64,000 nt of DNA from Gammaproteobacteria bacterium (GTDB lineage: Bacteria; Pseudomonadota; Gammaproteobacteria; Ga0077536): positions 8,627 to 72,626 of the forward strand of contig JALRCR010000003.1 in NCBI GenBank assembly GCA_023257255.1, written 5' to 3'. This document shows positions 1 to 9,929 of the stretch, piece by piece; the stretch's first letter is position 1; each line of letters starts with the position of its first letter. A model generated the notes under the pieces. It saw only the letters and a program-made list of their open reading frames with translations. It did not search any database and was not told the DNA's origin. The position numbers and the translations under genes are program-made.

Positions 1-99
1 GTGGTAGACCCCATCGGGGGTAAAGCAGGCGGCGGTCGCCGCGCCATCGCCGCGGCAGGCCGCAACGGTCATCGCATTAAGCAGGCTAGCGAAGCTCAT
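1..99 (-). CDS. SnoaL/NTF2-like protein, N-terminal part (runs off window)
   Basis: Manual translation MSFASLLNAMTVAACRGDGAATAACFTPDGVYH; GAGGTG RBS 7 nt before ATG; 'gD..a.aa.FtpDgvy' pattern typical of NTF2/SnoaL folds; not in ORF track. Confidence 0.6.
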   Translation of the reverse strand, partial: MSFASLLNAMTVAACRGDGAATAACFTPDGVYH

Positions 100-167
100 C
101 GGCATTCACCTCGAAATCACAACGTTGACAAGGCCCATGCCGCCATCTGGCGGCATGGGCGAACGGA

Positions 168-1280
168 CTAGCCGAGTTGCCGCAGCAGCAGGGCGTTGAC
201 GGCATTGGCGGCCTCAAGATGCAGCAGGTGTCCGATCCCTGGCAGCACCTCGGTCCGCACCGACGCCGGCAAGCCTGAGGCCTGTTCCGCCGGGATGATC
301 GCATCGCGGTCACCCCACAGCACCTGCACCGGACAGGCCAGCGTCGCCAGGGCATCGCGCAGCACAAGCGTTTGCGTCTCGCCGCTGCAGAAGCCCTCGG
401 CAATGGCGGTGAGCGCAGCGGGCACCCCGTCTACCCGTTTGAACTTCAGCATGTCGTCGACCATCTGGCGGTTCACCAGTTCCGGATTGGCGACCAGCTG
501 CTGCAACAGCGGCTTCAGTTCCTTGCGCGATTCGGCGGCCACAAAGCCCCGGAGATAGGCCCCGTTGATGGACTGACCCAGAGCAGCCGGCGCGAGCAGG
601 GACAGGGAACTGATCCGACCGGGCGCCTTGACCGCCGTCTGGAGCGCAATCGCCCCGCCCAGCGAGTGGCCGACCAGATGCGCCGCACTCACGCCCACCG
701 CATCCATAAACGCCAGCACGGCCGCCGAAAGTCCCGCCACCGAGGCATCGGCGACGGCTTTCGAGGACTGCCCGTGACCGGGCAGGTCCAGCGCATAAAC
801 CCGCGCCCGGGCCGCCAGCGCATCATGGTTGAAGAGGAAATTGTCGAGGTCCCCGCCGAAGCCGTGGATCAGCACCACCGCCGGTCCCGACTCGCCGCGC
901 ACCGAATAGCGCAGGCGGTACCCGCCGGCATCCGCCCACTGATAGACCGGCCCACTGTCACCCTCTTCGGCCACCGGCGGCACGTAGCTCGCCAGGAACT
1001 CGGTGACGAAAGCGTCCACCGCCTCATCGCTGACGCTGGCATCAGCCAGCACGCCCAGCAGCGCGCCAATGGGCAGCACGTCATCGACGCCCGCCACGCG
1101 CCGGCGCAGCGTGCCGGCGTCCAGCGCCTCGAAGGTATTGGCAATTTTCTCGGTTTCGATATCCATCACCGGGTCGCCGGGGCTGAGCGCCTGACCTTCT
1201 TCCGCCAGCCATTCGACGACCTTGCCTTCGGTCATCGAGAGCCCCCACTTGGGCATGGTGATTGGGGTGATCTGGCTCAT
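168..1280 (-). CDS. acoC: Acetoin dehydrogenase E2-like subunit (lipoyl domain + alpha/beta-hydrolase)
   Basis: MPKWGLSMTEG start, lipoyl-Lys motif IETEKI, hydrolase HGFGGD and GHSLG; TGATG coupling with acoB. Confidence 0.9.
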   Translation of the reverse strand: MSQITPITMPKWGLSMTEGKVVEWLAEEGQALSPGDPVMDIETEKIANTFEALDAGTLRRRVAGVDDVLPIGALLGVLADASVSDEAVDAFVTEFLASYVPPVAEEGDSGPVYQWADAGGYRLRYSVRGESGPAVVLIHGFGGDLDNFLFNHDALAARARVYALDLPGHGQSSKAVADASVAGLSAAVLAFMDAVGVSAAHLVGHSLGGAIALQTAVKAPGRISSLSLLAPAALGQSINGAYLRGFVAAESRKELKPLLQQLVANPELVNRQMVDDMLKFKRVDGVPAALTAIAEGFCSGETQTLVLRDALATLACPVQVLWGDRDAIIPAEQASGLPASVRTEVLPGIGHLLHLEAANAVNALLLRQLG

Positions 1281-2290
1281 CAGGCGTACTCCATCAGCTT
1301 GCGCACGGCGGCTTCGATCCGCGCGGGACCGGGGATGTAGAGATCTTCGAGCACGCCGCTGAAGGGCACCGGCGTGTGCGGCGGGGTGATCATCTCAATC
1401 GGCGCCTGCAGGAACCCGAAACCCTTCTGCGCCACCATGGCGGAGATATCCGCCGCCATGCCACAGCGCGGGGAGGACTCGTCGACAATCACCAGCCGTC
1501 CGGTGTTTTCCACGCTTTCCAGAATGGTGTCTTCATCCAGCGGCGAGGTGGTACGCGGGTCGATGATTTCGCAGCTGATGCCGTCGCGCGCCAGCGCCTC
1601 GGCGGCCTTTTTCGCGTAATTGACCATGCGCGCCAGCGCGACGATCGTCACGTCGCTGCCCTCTCGCACCACGTTCGCCTCACCGAAAGGAATGGTGTAG
1701 GCCTCTTCCGGCACTTCCCCTTCCATTGCATAGAGCGCCTTGTGCTCGCAGAAAATGACCGGGTCGTCGTCGCGGATAGCCTGAATCAAGAGTCCCTTGG
1801 CGTCGTAGGGCGACGACGGAACCACCACTTTCAAGCCGGGAATGTGCGTGAAAATGGGATACAGGGTTTGCGAGTGCTGGGCCGCGGCGCGAAAGCCGGC
1901 GCCGATCATGGTGCGAATCACCACCGGCGTTTTGGCCTTGCCACCAAACATGTAGCGAAACTTCGCCGCCTGGTTGTAGATCTGATCGAAGCACACGCCG
2001 AGGAAGTCGATGAACATCAGTTCGCACACCGGCCGCATGCCGCAGGCCGCAGCGCCCACCGCCGCGCCAACGAATGCGGATTCGGAAATCGGCGTATCCA
2101 TGATGCGATTGCCATACTTGCCGTAGAGGCCTTTGGTCACCCCGAGCACACCGCCCCAGGCGTCCATTTCGCCGTCGCCACCGGTCCCGCCGACGACGTC
2201 TTCGCCCATGACGATGACCGTCGGGTCGCGCGCCATTTCGTGGTCCAGCGCTTCATTGATTGCTTGCTGAAACAAAATTTTTCGTGCCAT
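1280..2290 (-). CDS. acoB: Acetoin dehydrogenase E1 beta subunit
   Basis: GEDV, DTPISE, AAAQHSQ, DAKGLL..AIRDDDPV motifs; DAWGGVLGVTKGL typical of AcoB. Confidence 0.92.
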   Translation of the reverse strand: MARKILFQQAINEALDHEMARDPTVIVMGEDVVGGTGGDGEMDAWGGVLGVTKGLYGKYGNRIMDTPISESAFVGAAVGAAACGMRPVCELMFIDFLGVCFDQIYNQAAKFRYMFGGKAKTPVVIRTMIGAGFRAAAQHSQTLYPIFTHIPGLKVVVPSSPYDAKGLLIQAIRDDDPVIFCEHKALYAMEGEVPEEAYTIPFGEANVVREGSDVTIVALARMVNYAKKAAEALARDGISCEIIDPRTTSPLDEDTILESVENTGRLVIVDESSPRCGMAADISAMVAQKGFGFLQAPIEMITPPHTPVPFSGVLEDLYIPGPARIEAAVRKLMEYA

Positions 2291-2302
2291 GACGTGCGCT
2301 CC

Positions 2303-3271
2303 TCAATACTTGATGTAGACGTCGGTCAGCAGATCTTCGGGCGTCGGATCCGGCGCGCTGCGCGCGGCGGTCACCGAGTCGTCGATCAGACGCTGCACTT
2401 CGTCGTCAATGGCGGTGAGTTCTTCCTGAGCGATGTTGTGCTCGGTCGTCACGCGCTTGATGAAGCGCTTCAGGCAGTCTTTGACCTCGCGGATATTCTT
2501 TACTTCATCCGGCGCCCGGTAGTTCTGGTTATCGCCTTCGAAATGACCGTAGAAGCGGTCCAGTTTGACCTCGACCAGCGAAGGACCTTCCCCGCGACGA
2601 GCGCGCTCCACGGCCGTCTGCATGGCGTCGTACACGGCAAAGAAGTCGTGCCCGTCGACCGTGACCGCCGGCATGCCAAAGCCTGCCCCACGGGTGGAGA
2701 TGTCTTCGCAGGACACCGAGAACTTGGCCGACGTGGCTTCGGCATAGCCGTTGTTTTCCGCCACAAAAATGGCCGGCAGTTTCCATACGGTGGCGAGATT
2801 CATGCTCTCCAGCGTCGTGCCCTGGTTGGACGCACCGTCGCCGAAAAACGCGACGGCCACGCCGCCCTTGCCCTTGAACTTCGCCGCCAGCGCCGCGCCG
2901 CAGACCAGCGGTGAACCGCCGCCCACAATGCCGTTAGCGCCCAACATGCCGGTATCCAGATCGGCGATGTGCATGGAGCCGCCCTTGCCGCGACAGGTGC
3001 CCGTTCGCTTGCCGAAAATCTCGGCCATCATGCCGTTCACTTCTACGCCCTTGGCGATGCAGTGGCCGTGGCCGCGATGCGTGCTGGCGATTTTGTCGTC
3101 GTCGTTCAGATGCATGCACACACCGGTCGCTGAAGCTTCTTCGCCAGCGTAAAGATGCACGAAGCCCGGGATGCCGCCTTTGGCGAACTCCACATGCACG
3201 CGCTCTTCAAACTCGCGAATCGTTTTCATGCGCCGGTAGGCTTCAAGCAGGTCTTCTCGGGACAGAGCCAT
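2303..3271 (-). CDS. acoA: TPP-dependent acetoin dehydrogenase E1 alpha subunit
   Basis: GFVHLYAGEEA, STHRGHGH, GGSMH, TPP motif GDGA..NN, GHFEGD; start MALSRE at 3271 with GGAGG RBS. Confidence 0.92.
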   Translation of the reverse strand: MALSREDLLEAYRRMKTIREFEERVHVEFAKGGIPGFVHLYAGEEASATGVCMHLNDDDKIASTHRGHGHCIAKGVEVNGMMAEIFGKRTGTCRGKGGSMHIADLDTGMLGANGIVGGGSPLVCGAALAAKFKGKGGVAVAFFGDGASNQGTTLESMNLATVWKLPAIFVAENNGYAEATSAKFSVSCEDISTRGAGFGMPAVTVDGHDFFAVYDAMQTAVERARRGEGPSLVEVKLDRFYGHFEGDNQNYRAPDEVKNIREVKDCLKRFIKRVTTEHNIAQEELTAIDDEVQRLIDDSVTAARSAPDPTPEDLLTDVYIKY

Positions 3272-3546
3272 GGAACCTCCCCTCTGGAACTTTTTATTGC
3301 GAGTGGCCACCGCGCAAACGGCAGCGCCGATTGCGGGTTTGTCGCCCGTCGAACAACCGGCAACGGGCTAAGGTTAACACTCAAAAAGGCGGCACTACCC
3401 GCCACTTTTGATGCTGCATTTGCACATTCAAAGTCGCGCGGATCGCGACCCTCGCCTGCGTCCGGCGCCGCCTCTAGAATCGGGCCTCACGCCGACCCGA
3501 CGGCGCCTGTTCCGGATCTGCTCAACCCCTTAGCTGGAGATTTCCC

Positions 3547-4473
3547 ATGCCCTTGTCCGCCGAATCGCTGGCCGTGCTCGATGTGCTGCAAAAAAATGGC
3601 GTGCAGCCCCTGACCGCTTTCCCGCCGGCCGAAGGCCGTGCCTATTTCAACGCCGTGTTTGCCACCAGACCTGAAGATCAGGAACCGGTGGCGAGCGTGC
3701 GCGAGCTGACGATTCCAGTCGCAGGCGGCGAAATTCGCGCCCGGCTTTACGCGCCCAAGGTCGGCAAGTTGCCGGTGCTGGTGCATTACCACGGCGGCGG
3801 CTGGGTGCTGATGGGACTCGAAACCCACGACGGCTACTGCCGCCAGCTGGCCAACGCCTCCGGGGCTGCGGTCATCGCGGTGGAATACCGCAAGGCGCCC
3901 GAGTTCAAGGCGCCGGTGCTGGCCGAAGACTGTTTCGCCGCGTTGAAGTGGGTCATCGCCAATGCCGCCGACTTGAACGTCGACACGGCGCGCCTTGGCG
4001 TGGTCGGCGACAGCGCGGGCGGCAATCTGGCCGCGGCCGTTACCCTGATGGCGCGCGATGCGGGCATTCCCATCAAGTGTCAGGTGCTGACCTATCCGGC
4101 CGTGGACGCCACGCTGTCGGCGGCCTCCATTCAGGAGAACAAGCAGGCGCCGCTGCTGGGCGAAGCTGAAATGAAGTGGTTCTACGGCTACTACCTCGAC
4201 GGCGCCAGTGTCGACGCCCGCCATCCGCTGGTCTCGCCGCTGTTCGCGAGCAGCCACGCCGGCCTGCCGGCGGCGTTTGTGTCGACGGCCGAGTTCGATC
4301 CGCTGCGGGACGAGGGCGAGGCCTATGCGAAGCAACTCGCCGCGGCCGGGGTGACCGTCGAAGCCAAGCGCTACAACAGCGTGTTTCACGGCTTCATGCT
4401 GATGTCGAAGATCATTCCTGAAGGTCGCCAGCTGCTGGCCGATCAGGTGGCGTTCCTCGCCCGACAGCTCTAA
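3547..4473 (+). CDS. HSL-family (family IV) esterase/lipase
   Basis: HGGGW oxyanion motif, GDSAGG nucleophile, DPLRDE and HGF catalytic Asp/His; GGAGA RBS. Confidence 0.9.
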   Translation: MPLSAESLAVLDVLQKNGVQPLTAFPPAEGRAYFNAVFATRPEDQEPVASVRELTIPVAGGEIRARLYAPKVGKLPVLVHYHGGGWVLMGLETHDGYCRQLANASGAAVIAVEYRKAPEFKAPVLAEDCFAALKWVIANAADLNVDTARLGVVGDSAGGNLAAAVTLMARDAGIPIKCQVLTYPAVDATLSAASIQENKQAPLLGEAEMKWFYGYYLDGASVDARHPLVSPLFASSHAGLPAAFVSTAEFDPLRDEGEAYAKQLAAAGVTVEAKRYNSVFHGFMLMSKIIPEGRQLLADQVAFLARQL

Positions 4474-4728
4474 AGGAGGTCGGTGATGCCATGGCTCCGG
4501 CGACCACCGGGGCCATGGCGCTGGCGTCACGCTGCATTGCAAAAATAAATCGGGCCTCAGGCCGCGGGCTCTGTTATTCTCCCGGCGCGACCTGTTCTCC
4601 AGTCTCTCTGGTCGCGGCCATTCCGGCCTACGCTTTGTGCTTACATTCGATCTGCCTGCCCTCGCGACTGGCGTTTGGGGCTCCCCCTGACGACAGGCTT
4701 ATCACGTTTACTTTCGTTCTGGAGTTTC

Positions 4729-6183
4729 ATGTCTGATTTTTCTGACCTCGGTTTGCCCGAGGACTTGCTGCGTGCCGTGCGCGAACGCGGCTACACCACC
4801 CCTACCCCCGTTCAGGCCAAGGCCATCCCGATCATTCTGGACACGCGCGACATCATCGCCGGCGCCCAGACCGGCACCGGCAAGACTGCGGCCTTTGTGC
4901 TGCCTTTGCTGGCCCGCCTTGGGACACAGTTCAGCGGCCCCGCGCGCCGTCCGCCGCGTGCGCTGGTGCTGACCCCGACCCGCGAACTCGCCGCCCAGGT
5001 TGAAGAAAGCGTGCAGATCTATGGCAAGTATTGCCGACTGCGTTCGCTGGTGATGTTTGGCGGGGTCGGTATCAATCCGCAGATCGACGGCTTGCGCCGT
5101 GGCGTCGATATCCTGGTCGCCACGCCGGGCCGCCTGCTTGATCACCTCGGTCAGCGCACGGTCGACCTCTCGGCGGTCGAGATTCTGGTACTGGATGAAG
5201 CCGACCGCATGCTCGACATGGGCTTTATCAAGGACATCCGCCGCATCATTTCGGTGTTGCCCAAGGTGCGACAAAACCTGCTCTTTTCCGCGACGTTTCC
5301 GCCGGAAATCCGGGAACTGGCGGGCTCGCTCATGCGCGATCCGGCGCAGGTCGAGATTGCCCCGCAGGGCACGACCGCAGAGCGCATCCAGCAGCATGTG
5401 ATCGTCTGCGATCGCAGCCGCAAGAAAGATTTGCTGGTAGAGCTGTTCCAGTCCCGGCAGTGGCAACAGGCGCTGATCTTCACCCGCACCAAGCACCTTG
5501 CTAACCGGCTGGCCGAGCAACTGGATGCTCAGGGCATCACGGCCATGGCGATTCACGGCAACAAGAGCCAGACCGCGCGCACCAAGGCGCTGTTCGAGTT
5601 CAAGAACGGGCGCCTGCAGGCGCTGGTGGCCACCGACATTGCGGCGCGCGGCATCGACATCAGCGAACTGCCCACGGTGGTGAACTACGAGTTGCCGATG
5701 GTGGCTGAAGACTACGTCCACCGCATTGGGCGTACGGCGCGGGCCGGCGCGAGTGGCGCCGCCTATTCGCTGGTGTGCGTCGATGAGTATCGTTTGCTCG
5801 AAAGCATCGAGCGGCTGACCCGGCAGCGCTTCACGCGCGAACGGGTGGAAGGCTTTGAGCCGGATCCGAATGCGAAGCCGCAGCCGATTGAAACCGGCCG
5901 CGGGCAGCGCGGACCGCGCGCACCAGGGCACCACGGCGGTGGCGACGCGGTGCGCCGCCACGACGCGCCACGGCGCCCGGAACCGGGTAACGAAGCGCCC
6001 CGTCGCAGTGGTCCGGCGCCGGACGGCCAGCGTCGCAGCAGTCAGCCGGTGGACGGCAACCGACGGCCAGCTCCGGGCGGTGACGCCCAACGGCGCGCGC
6101 CGGTAGACGGTAACCGACGCCCGGCCGGCGGCAACAACGGCAATGCCAACGGCAACTACCAGCAGCGGCAACGCGGTCGCTAG
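4729..6183 (+). CDS. rhlE: DEAD-box RNA helicase, RhlE type
   Basis: Q motif, [41 protein letters not shown]; GFEPDP linker and R/G/N-rich tail; ATG at 4729 after GGAG. Confidence 0.92.
   Translation: MSDFSDLGLPEDLLRAVRERGYTTPTPVQAKAIPIILDTRDIIAGAQTGTGKTAAFVLPLLARLGTQFSGPARRPPRALVLTPTRELAAQVEESVQIYGKYCRLRSLVMFGGVGINPQIDGLRRGVDILVATPGRLLDHLGQRTVDLSAVEILVLDEADRMLDMGFIKDIRRIISVLPKVRQNLLFSATFPPEIRELAGSLMRDPAQVEIAPQGTTAERIQQHVIVCDRSRKKDLLVELFQSRQWQQALIFTRTKHLANRLAEQLDAQGITAMAIHGNKSQTARTKALFEFKNGRLQALVATDIAARGIDISELPTVVNYELPMVAEDYVHRIGRTARAGASGAAYSLVCVDEYRLLESIERLTRQRFTRERVEGFEPDPNAKPQPIETGRGQRGPRAPGHHGGGDAVRRHDAPRRPEPGNEAPRRSGPAPDGQRRSSQPVDGNRRPAPGGDAQRRAPVDGNRRPAGGNNGNANGNYQQRQRGR
6046..6125 (+). 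repeat. Imperfect direct repeat (54-nt period) encoding PVDGNRRPA twice in the RhlE tail
   Basis: ccggtggacggcaaccgacggcca at 6046 and ccggtagacggtaaccgacgcccg at 6100. Confidence 0.8.
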
Positions 6184-6194
6184 CAGTCCCGAAT

Positions 6195-6223
6195 CCGCCG
6201 ACGGCAGCTCCTGCCGTCGGCGG
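6195..6223. terminator. Perfect 13-bp hairpin between convergent rhlE and TBDR genes
   Basis: ccgccgacggcag-ctc-ctgccgtcggcgg; weak U-tract. Confidence 0.65.
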
Positions 6224-6240
6224 TCAATTCCCGGTCCGCG

Positions 6241-8400
6241 CTAGAACACAATCTCCACGCCCGCCTGCACCAGCAGCGGCATGCCTACGCGAATTCCGCG
6301 CGTGCGGTCCACAATGTAGTCCCGGTCCAGCAGATTCTTTGCGGTCACAAAAACGCTTGCGCCCCAGCGCCCCAGCGGCGCGGTCGCGGCGGCGTTAAAC
6401 ACCAGCGACGGCTTGATGAGGCCCACCTGTCCGTTGCCATTCGCAGCCGCCACAGGCGTGTTGGCGAAATCAGAAAACTGCTCGTCCGTGTAAACCGCTT
6501 CCAGCCGCAGATCGACGCCCGTTTCATGGGTAAACCCGATGCCCGTGGTCGCGAGATGCCGCGGCGCGTAGGGCAAGCGATTACCAGCCAGCGAGCCCGC
6601 CACCACCGAGCCGTCCGTCACCTGCCGCACCGGCGTTTCCTGATCGGCCGTCGGCAGCCAGGTCCACGCTGACTGCAGATAAAAATTGTGGCGCGTGCCG
6701 GTCAGTTCGCGGCTGTCGAGACGGCCTGAGAGTTCCGTCCCCTCATACAGCGTTTCGCCCTGCGCGAGCGGCGTGCTGCCGCCGGCGATCGAACCGACCT
6801 GAATCTGATTGTTGAAGTCGTTGCGGAAGAACGTGAATTCCAGTCTTGCACCGGGGCGCGGCGTGCTGCGGAGGCCGAACTCGGCGTTCCAGCTGTCCTC
6901 AGGGTCGACCTCGGTAAACGTCGCCGCGGCGGCACCGCTGGCGGTCACAATCAGGTCTTCGGTGCGCGGCGGCGCGAAACCACGGTGCACGCCGGCAAAC
7001 AGGGTGTACTGCGGACGCGGGTTCCAGGTCGCGCCGAGGCCCGGGATCACTTCGGTAATGTCGGTGTCGCCGCGCGCGCCGGTCAGGCGATTGACCCGCT
7101 GGTTGTCCACGTATTCCACGCGCAAGCCCGGGGTCAGCGTAAATTCACCGAGATGCAGCCGGTTCTGGATGAACATCGAGTAGGCGTCGACGTCGCGCGC
7201 ATTGTTTTCCGACAGGAGGCCGCCCCTGTCAGTCGCGAAGAGGCCGTTGCGCTGCTGGCGGTCCTGCGTTTCAAAGTGCGCGCGTACGCCTACCTGAAGA
7301 TCATTGGGGATACCGAATGCGTCGTAATGGGCCAGCAGCCGGGGTTCAAATCCCCAGGTGTAGTAGCTACGCAGCCGCCCCTGCGTCGACGCACAGTCAA
7401 CCGGGCTGACGCGGGCACCCGCAAGGCGGGCGTTGGTGAACGCCGCGCCACACTGGCCATCGCTGGTGCTGCTGGACTGGCGCCACCAGTCGCGGTTGAA
7501 GTGGGTGAAATAGGCGCTGGAAATGAGCGTTACCGCCTCACCGAGAAAAATTTCATGGCTCAGCGAGGCGCCCGTGCGATCCAGCGTGAAGGCATCTTCC
7601 TTGAACGGGTTGTAGCGATAGCCAAAATTGCGCAGTTCGGCATCGGTAATGCCGCTGTAGCTGAGCAGCGAATCTTCGCTGTAGTAACTGGCTTTGAACG
7701 TAATGGCCTGATTGCCGGCAATCGGCAGCACGGTCTTGAAGCTGAGGTCATCCAGCGCGGTGCTTTCGTTATCTCGCGCGCCGTCGGCCTCCTTATGGTG
7801 ATAGTCGAAGAGCATGCGCTTGCCGCCGAGACGCAGGCCGCCGTTGAAATAGTCCTGATTGCCGCCCGCCAGCGTCAGCCGACCGCTGAAAGCCTCTGGC
7901 GGTCGCGGAGTGAGGTAGTTGACCACCCCACCCACGGTTTGCGGGCCGAACAGGATTTGCTCGGAGCCTTTCAGCACCTCAATGCTGTCGAAACGTTCGA
8001 TGGGCGGGTGGTAATAGCTCGCATTGTCGCCGTAGGGGGCGTAGGCCAGCGGCAGGCCGTCTTCCAGTAACAGCACCTTCGTCGAGCGATTGGGGTTCAG
8101 GCCGCGCAGGCCGATGTTGGGGCGCAGGCCGACGCCTTCCTCGTCGCGCACATGCACGCCAGGCGCCTTGCGCAAGGCCTCATTGGCGGTAAACACCCGA
8201 CTCAGGCGCATTTCGCGCTCGTCGATCACGCTGGCAGAACCGGCAATGTCCGGCAGGCGATCGGCACCGCCGACCACTTCGACCGTAGGCAGTACGTCCT
8301 TAATCGCTGGCCGGGTTTCGCCGGTTGGTTCGGCTGCTAGCGCGCTGCCGGAAAGCGCGCAGGAGAACATCGCGTAAGCGGAGAACGAGAGACGGGACAT
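6241..8400 (-). CDS. TonB-dependent outer-membrane receptor, FecA-like iron transporter
   Basis: Signal peptide, TonB-box-like LPTVEVVG, plug motifs (ALRKAPGV, NIGLRG, IEVLKG, GGVVN), NLLDRDY and terminal Phe; Fur box upstream. Confidence 0.9.
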   Translation of the reverse strand: MSRLSFSAYAMFSCALSGSALAAEPTGETRPAIKDVLPTVEVVGGADRLPDIAGSASVIDEREMRLSRVFTANEALRKAPGVHVRDEEGVGLRPNIGLRGLNPNRSTKVLLLEDGLPLAYAPYGDNASYYHPPIERFDSIEVLKGSEQILFGPQTVGGVVNYLTPRPPEAFSGRLTLAGGNQDYFNGGLRLGGKRMLFDYHHKEADGARDNESTALDDLSFKTVLPIAGNQAITFKASYYSEDSLLSYSGITDAELRNFGYRYNPFKEDAFTLDRTGASLSHEIFLGEAVTLISSAYFTHFNRDWWRQSSSTSDGQCGAAFTNARLAGARVSPVDCASTQGRLRSYYTWGFEPRLLAHYDAFGIPNDLQVGVRAHFETQDRQQRNGLFATDRGGLLSENNARDVDAYSMFIQNRLHLGEFTLTPGLRVEYVDNQRVNRLTGARGDTDITEVIPGLGATWNPRPQYTLFAGVHRGFAPPRTEDLIVTASGAAAATFTEVDPEDSWNAEFGLRSTPRPGARLEFTFFRNDFNNQIQVGSIAGGSTPLAQGETLYEGTELSGRLDSRELTGTRHNFYLQSAWTWLPTADQETPVRQVTDGSVVAGSLAGNRLPYAPRHLATTGIGFTHETGVDLRLEAVYTDEQFSDFANTPVAAANGNGQVGLIKPSLVFNAAATAPLGRWGASVFVTAKNLLDRDYIVDRTRGIRVGMPLLVQAGVEIVF

Positions 8401-8425
8401 GGGGGGACTTTCGCAGTGAATTACT

Positions 8426-8444
8426 AATGCGAATTATTCTCAAT
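8426..8444 (-). promoter_or_regulatory. Fur box
   Basis: AATGCGAATTATTCTCAAT near-palindrome (AATGAGAATnATTCTCATT type) in an AT-rich patch 25 nt upstream of the TBDR start. Confidence 0.8.
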
Positions 8445-8600
8445 AAGATTTAGTGCCGTCAAGCGATGGTCCGAGTCCCGCCTCGGCCCTCAAGGTCGAG
8501 GAGGTTAATTCAGGATGTCGCGCGGGAAGGTAATCCCGGCCAGCGCCATCAGACGGCAGCGGTGTATCGCAATCGCCACATGAAGACTTTTAGCTTGATA

Positions 8601-9923
8601 TCAGCCGCCGGCGAGCTCGTCGTCAGCCGCGTGAGCTTGTGCTTGACGACGCGCCAGCACCTTGTCGATGCGCGGTCCATCCATGTCGAGCACCTCAAAA
8701 ACATGCCCGTCGAAAACCACTTCCTCACCTTCGACCGGCAGGCGTTCAAGTTGCCACAACAGGAACCCGGCAAGACTGTCGAAGCTGCGTTCTGCCGGCA
8801 GCGAGACGAGGCTCAGTCGATCGGAGACCACGTCGATCAACATGCTGCCGTCGATGATCCACACGCCGGGCTCGCGCTGGCGCATGGTTGGCTCAGCCGG
8901 ATTTTCCTCGCCCAAATCGCCAATGATGGCTTTCAACACGTCGGCCACGGTCACGATACCGGCCACCTCATCGGCGTCGTCGACGACCAGCAGCAAATGG
9001 GCGCTGGTATTGCGCAGCAACTGCAAGGCCTCGGTCGCCGGTAGGTCCAGTCCCACGCGCGGTGGCTGGCATAGCACGCTCGCGAAGTCAGGCTCGCCCC
9101 CCGCCAACTGCAGCGCCAGCAGGTCTTTGGCCTGCAATACACCAACGACTGTCCCCGGGACGCCGCGCAACGCGATAAGGCGCGTGTGGCGAGTAGCGGC
9201 AACGGCGGCCCAGATCTCCGCCGTGCCCAGGTCGAGGTTGACCGTCGCCAGATCTTCGCAGGCGGTCATGATGAGTTCGGCCCGCCGGTCAGCCAGACGC
9301 ATCACGCCGCTCAGCATTTCCTTTTCAAACTGCTTCAGGACGCCGGCTTCGGCCCCCTCGTGAATCGCCGCGCGCACTTCCTCTTCAGTGATGGTCGGCG
9401 ACGCGTTTTCGCTGCCACCGGCCAACCGCAGCATGAAACCGGAAGCCACATCCAGCACCCGCACGGCGGGTCGCGCAACCCTCAGCAACCACCGCAAAGC
9501 CGGCGCCACGGTCACGGCGATGCGCTCGGGCTGCCGGAGCGCGAGCTGTTTGGGCACGAGTTCGCCGACCACAATCGACAGCAGGGTGATCGCCATCACC
9601 ACCAACACCATGGCCACCGCTTCGCCATGCGGCGCCACCGCCGGAAACCGATCGAGCAGGGCGCCGATGCCCTCAGCCAGGGTGGCGCCGCCGACTGCGC
9701 CAGCGAGGACGCCAATCAGCGTGATGCCAATCTGGATAGTCGACAAAAAGCTGGTGGTGTCCTCCGCCAGCGCCAGCGCCGCACGCGCGCCGCGCGAGCC
9801 CCGGTCCGCGAGCAGCTTCAGGCGCGGTTTGCTGGACGAGACGACCGCTAACTCCGCCATCGACAGGACGCCATTGAGCAGAATCAACAGCAGCACCATC
9901 AGGGCCTGCAACCAAATCAGCAT
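8601..9923 (-). CDS. HlyC/CorC (CNNM) family transporter: DUF21-CBS-CorC
   Basis: LNGVLSMAELAVVSS, FLSTIQIGIT, GELVPK, CBS pair, C-terminal CorC-like domain (DGPRIDKV). Confidence 0.88.
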   Translation of the reverse strand: MLIWLQALMVLLLILLNGVLSMAELAVVSSSKPRLKLLADRGSRGARAALALAEDTTSFLSTIQIGITLIGVLAGAVGGATLAEGIGALLDRFPAVAPHGEAVAMVLVVMAITLLSIVVGELVPKQLALRQPERIAVTVAPALRWLLRVARPAVRVLDVASGFMLRLAGGSENASPTITEEEVRAAIHEGAEAGVLKQFEKEMLSGVMRLADRRAELIMTACEDLATVNLDLGTAEIWAAVAATRHTRLIALRGVPGTVVGVLQAKDLLALQLAGGEPDFASVLCQPPRVGLDLPATEALQLLRNTSAHLLLVVDDADEVAGIVTVADVLKAIIGDLGEENPAEPTMRQREPGVWIIDGSMLIDVVSDRLSLVSLPAERSFDSLAGFLLWQLERLPVEGEEVVFDGHVFEVLDMDGPRIDKVLARRQAQAHAADDELAGG

Positions 9924-9929
9924 GTGAAT

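Noticed and set aside
3310-3332. Sigma-54 promoter for acoA (minus strand CGGCGC...TTGC)
   Set aside because: GG-to-GC spacing is 11 nt rather than the obligatory 10
8601-9923. 'Hemolysin' as the toxin secreted by the HlyB/HlyD pair
   Set aside because: It is a CNNM/CorC membrane transporter with no RTX repeats; the name is a legacy annotation
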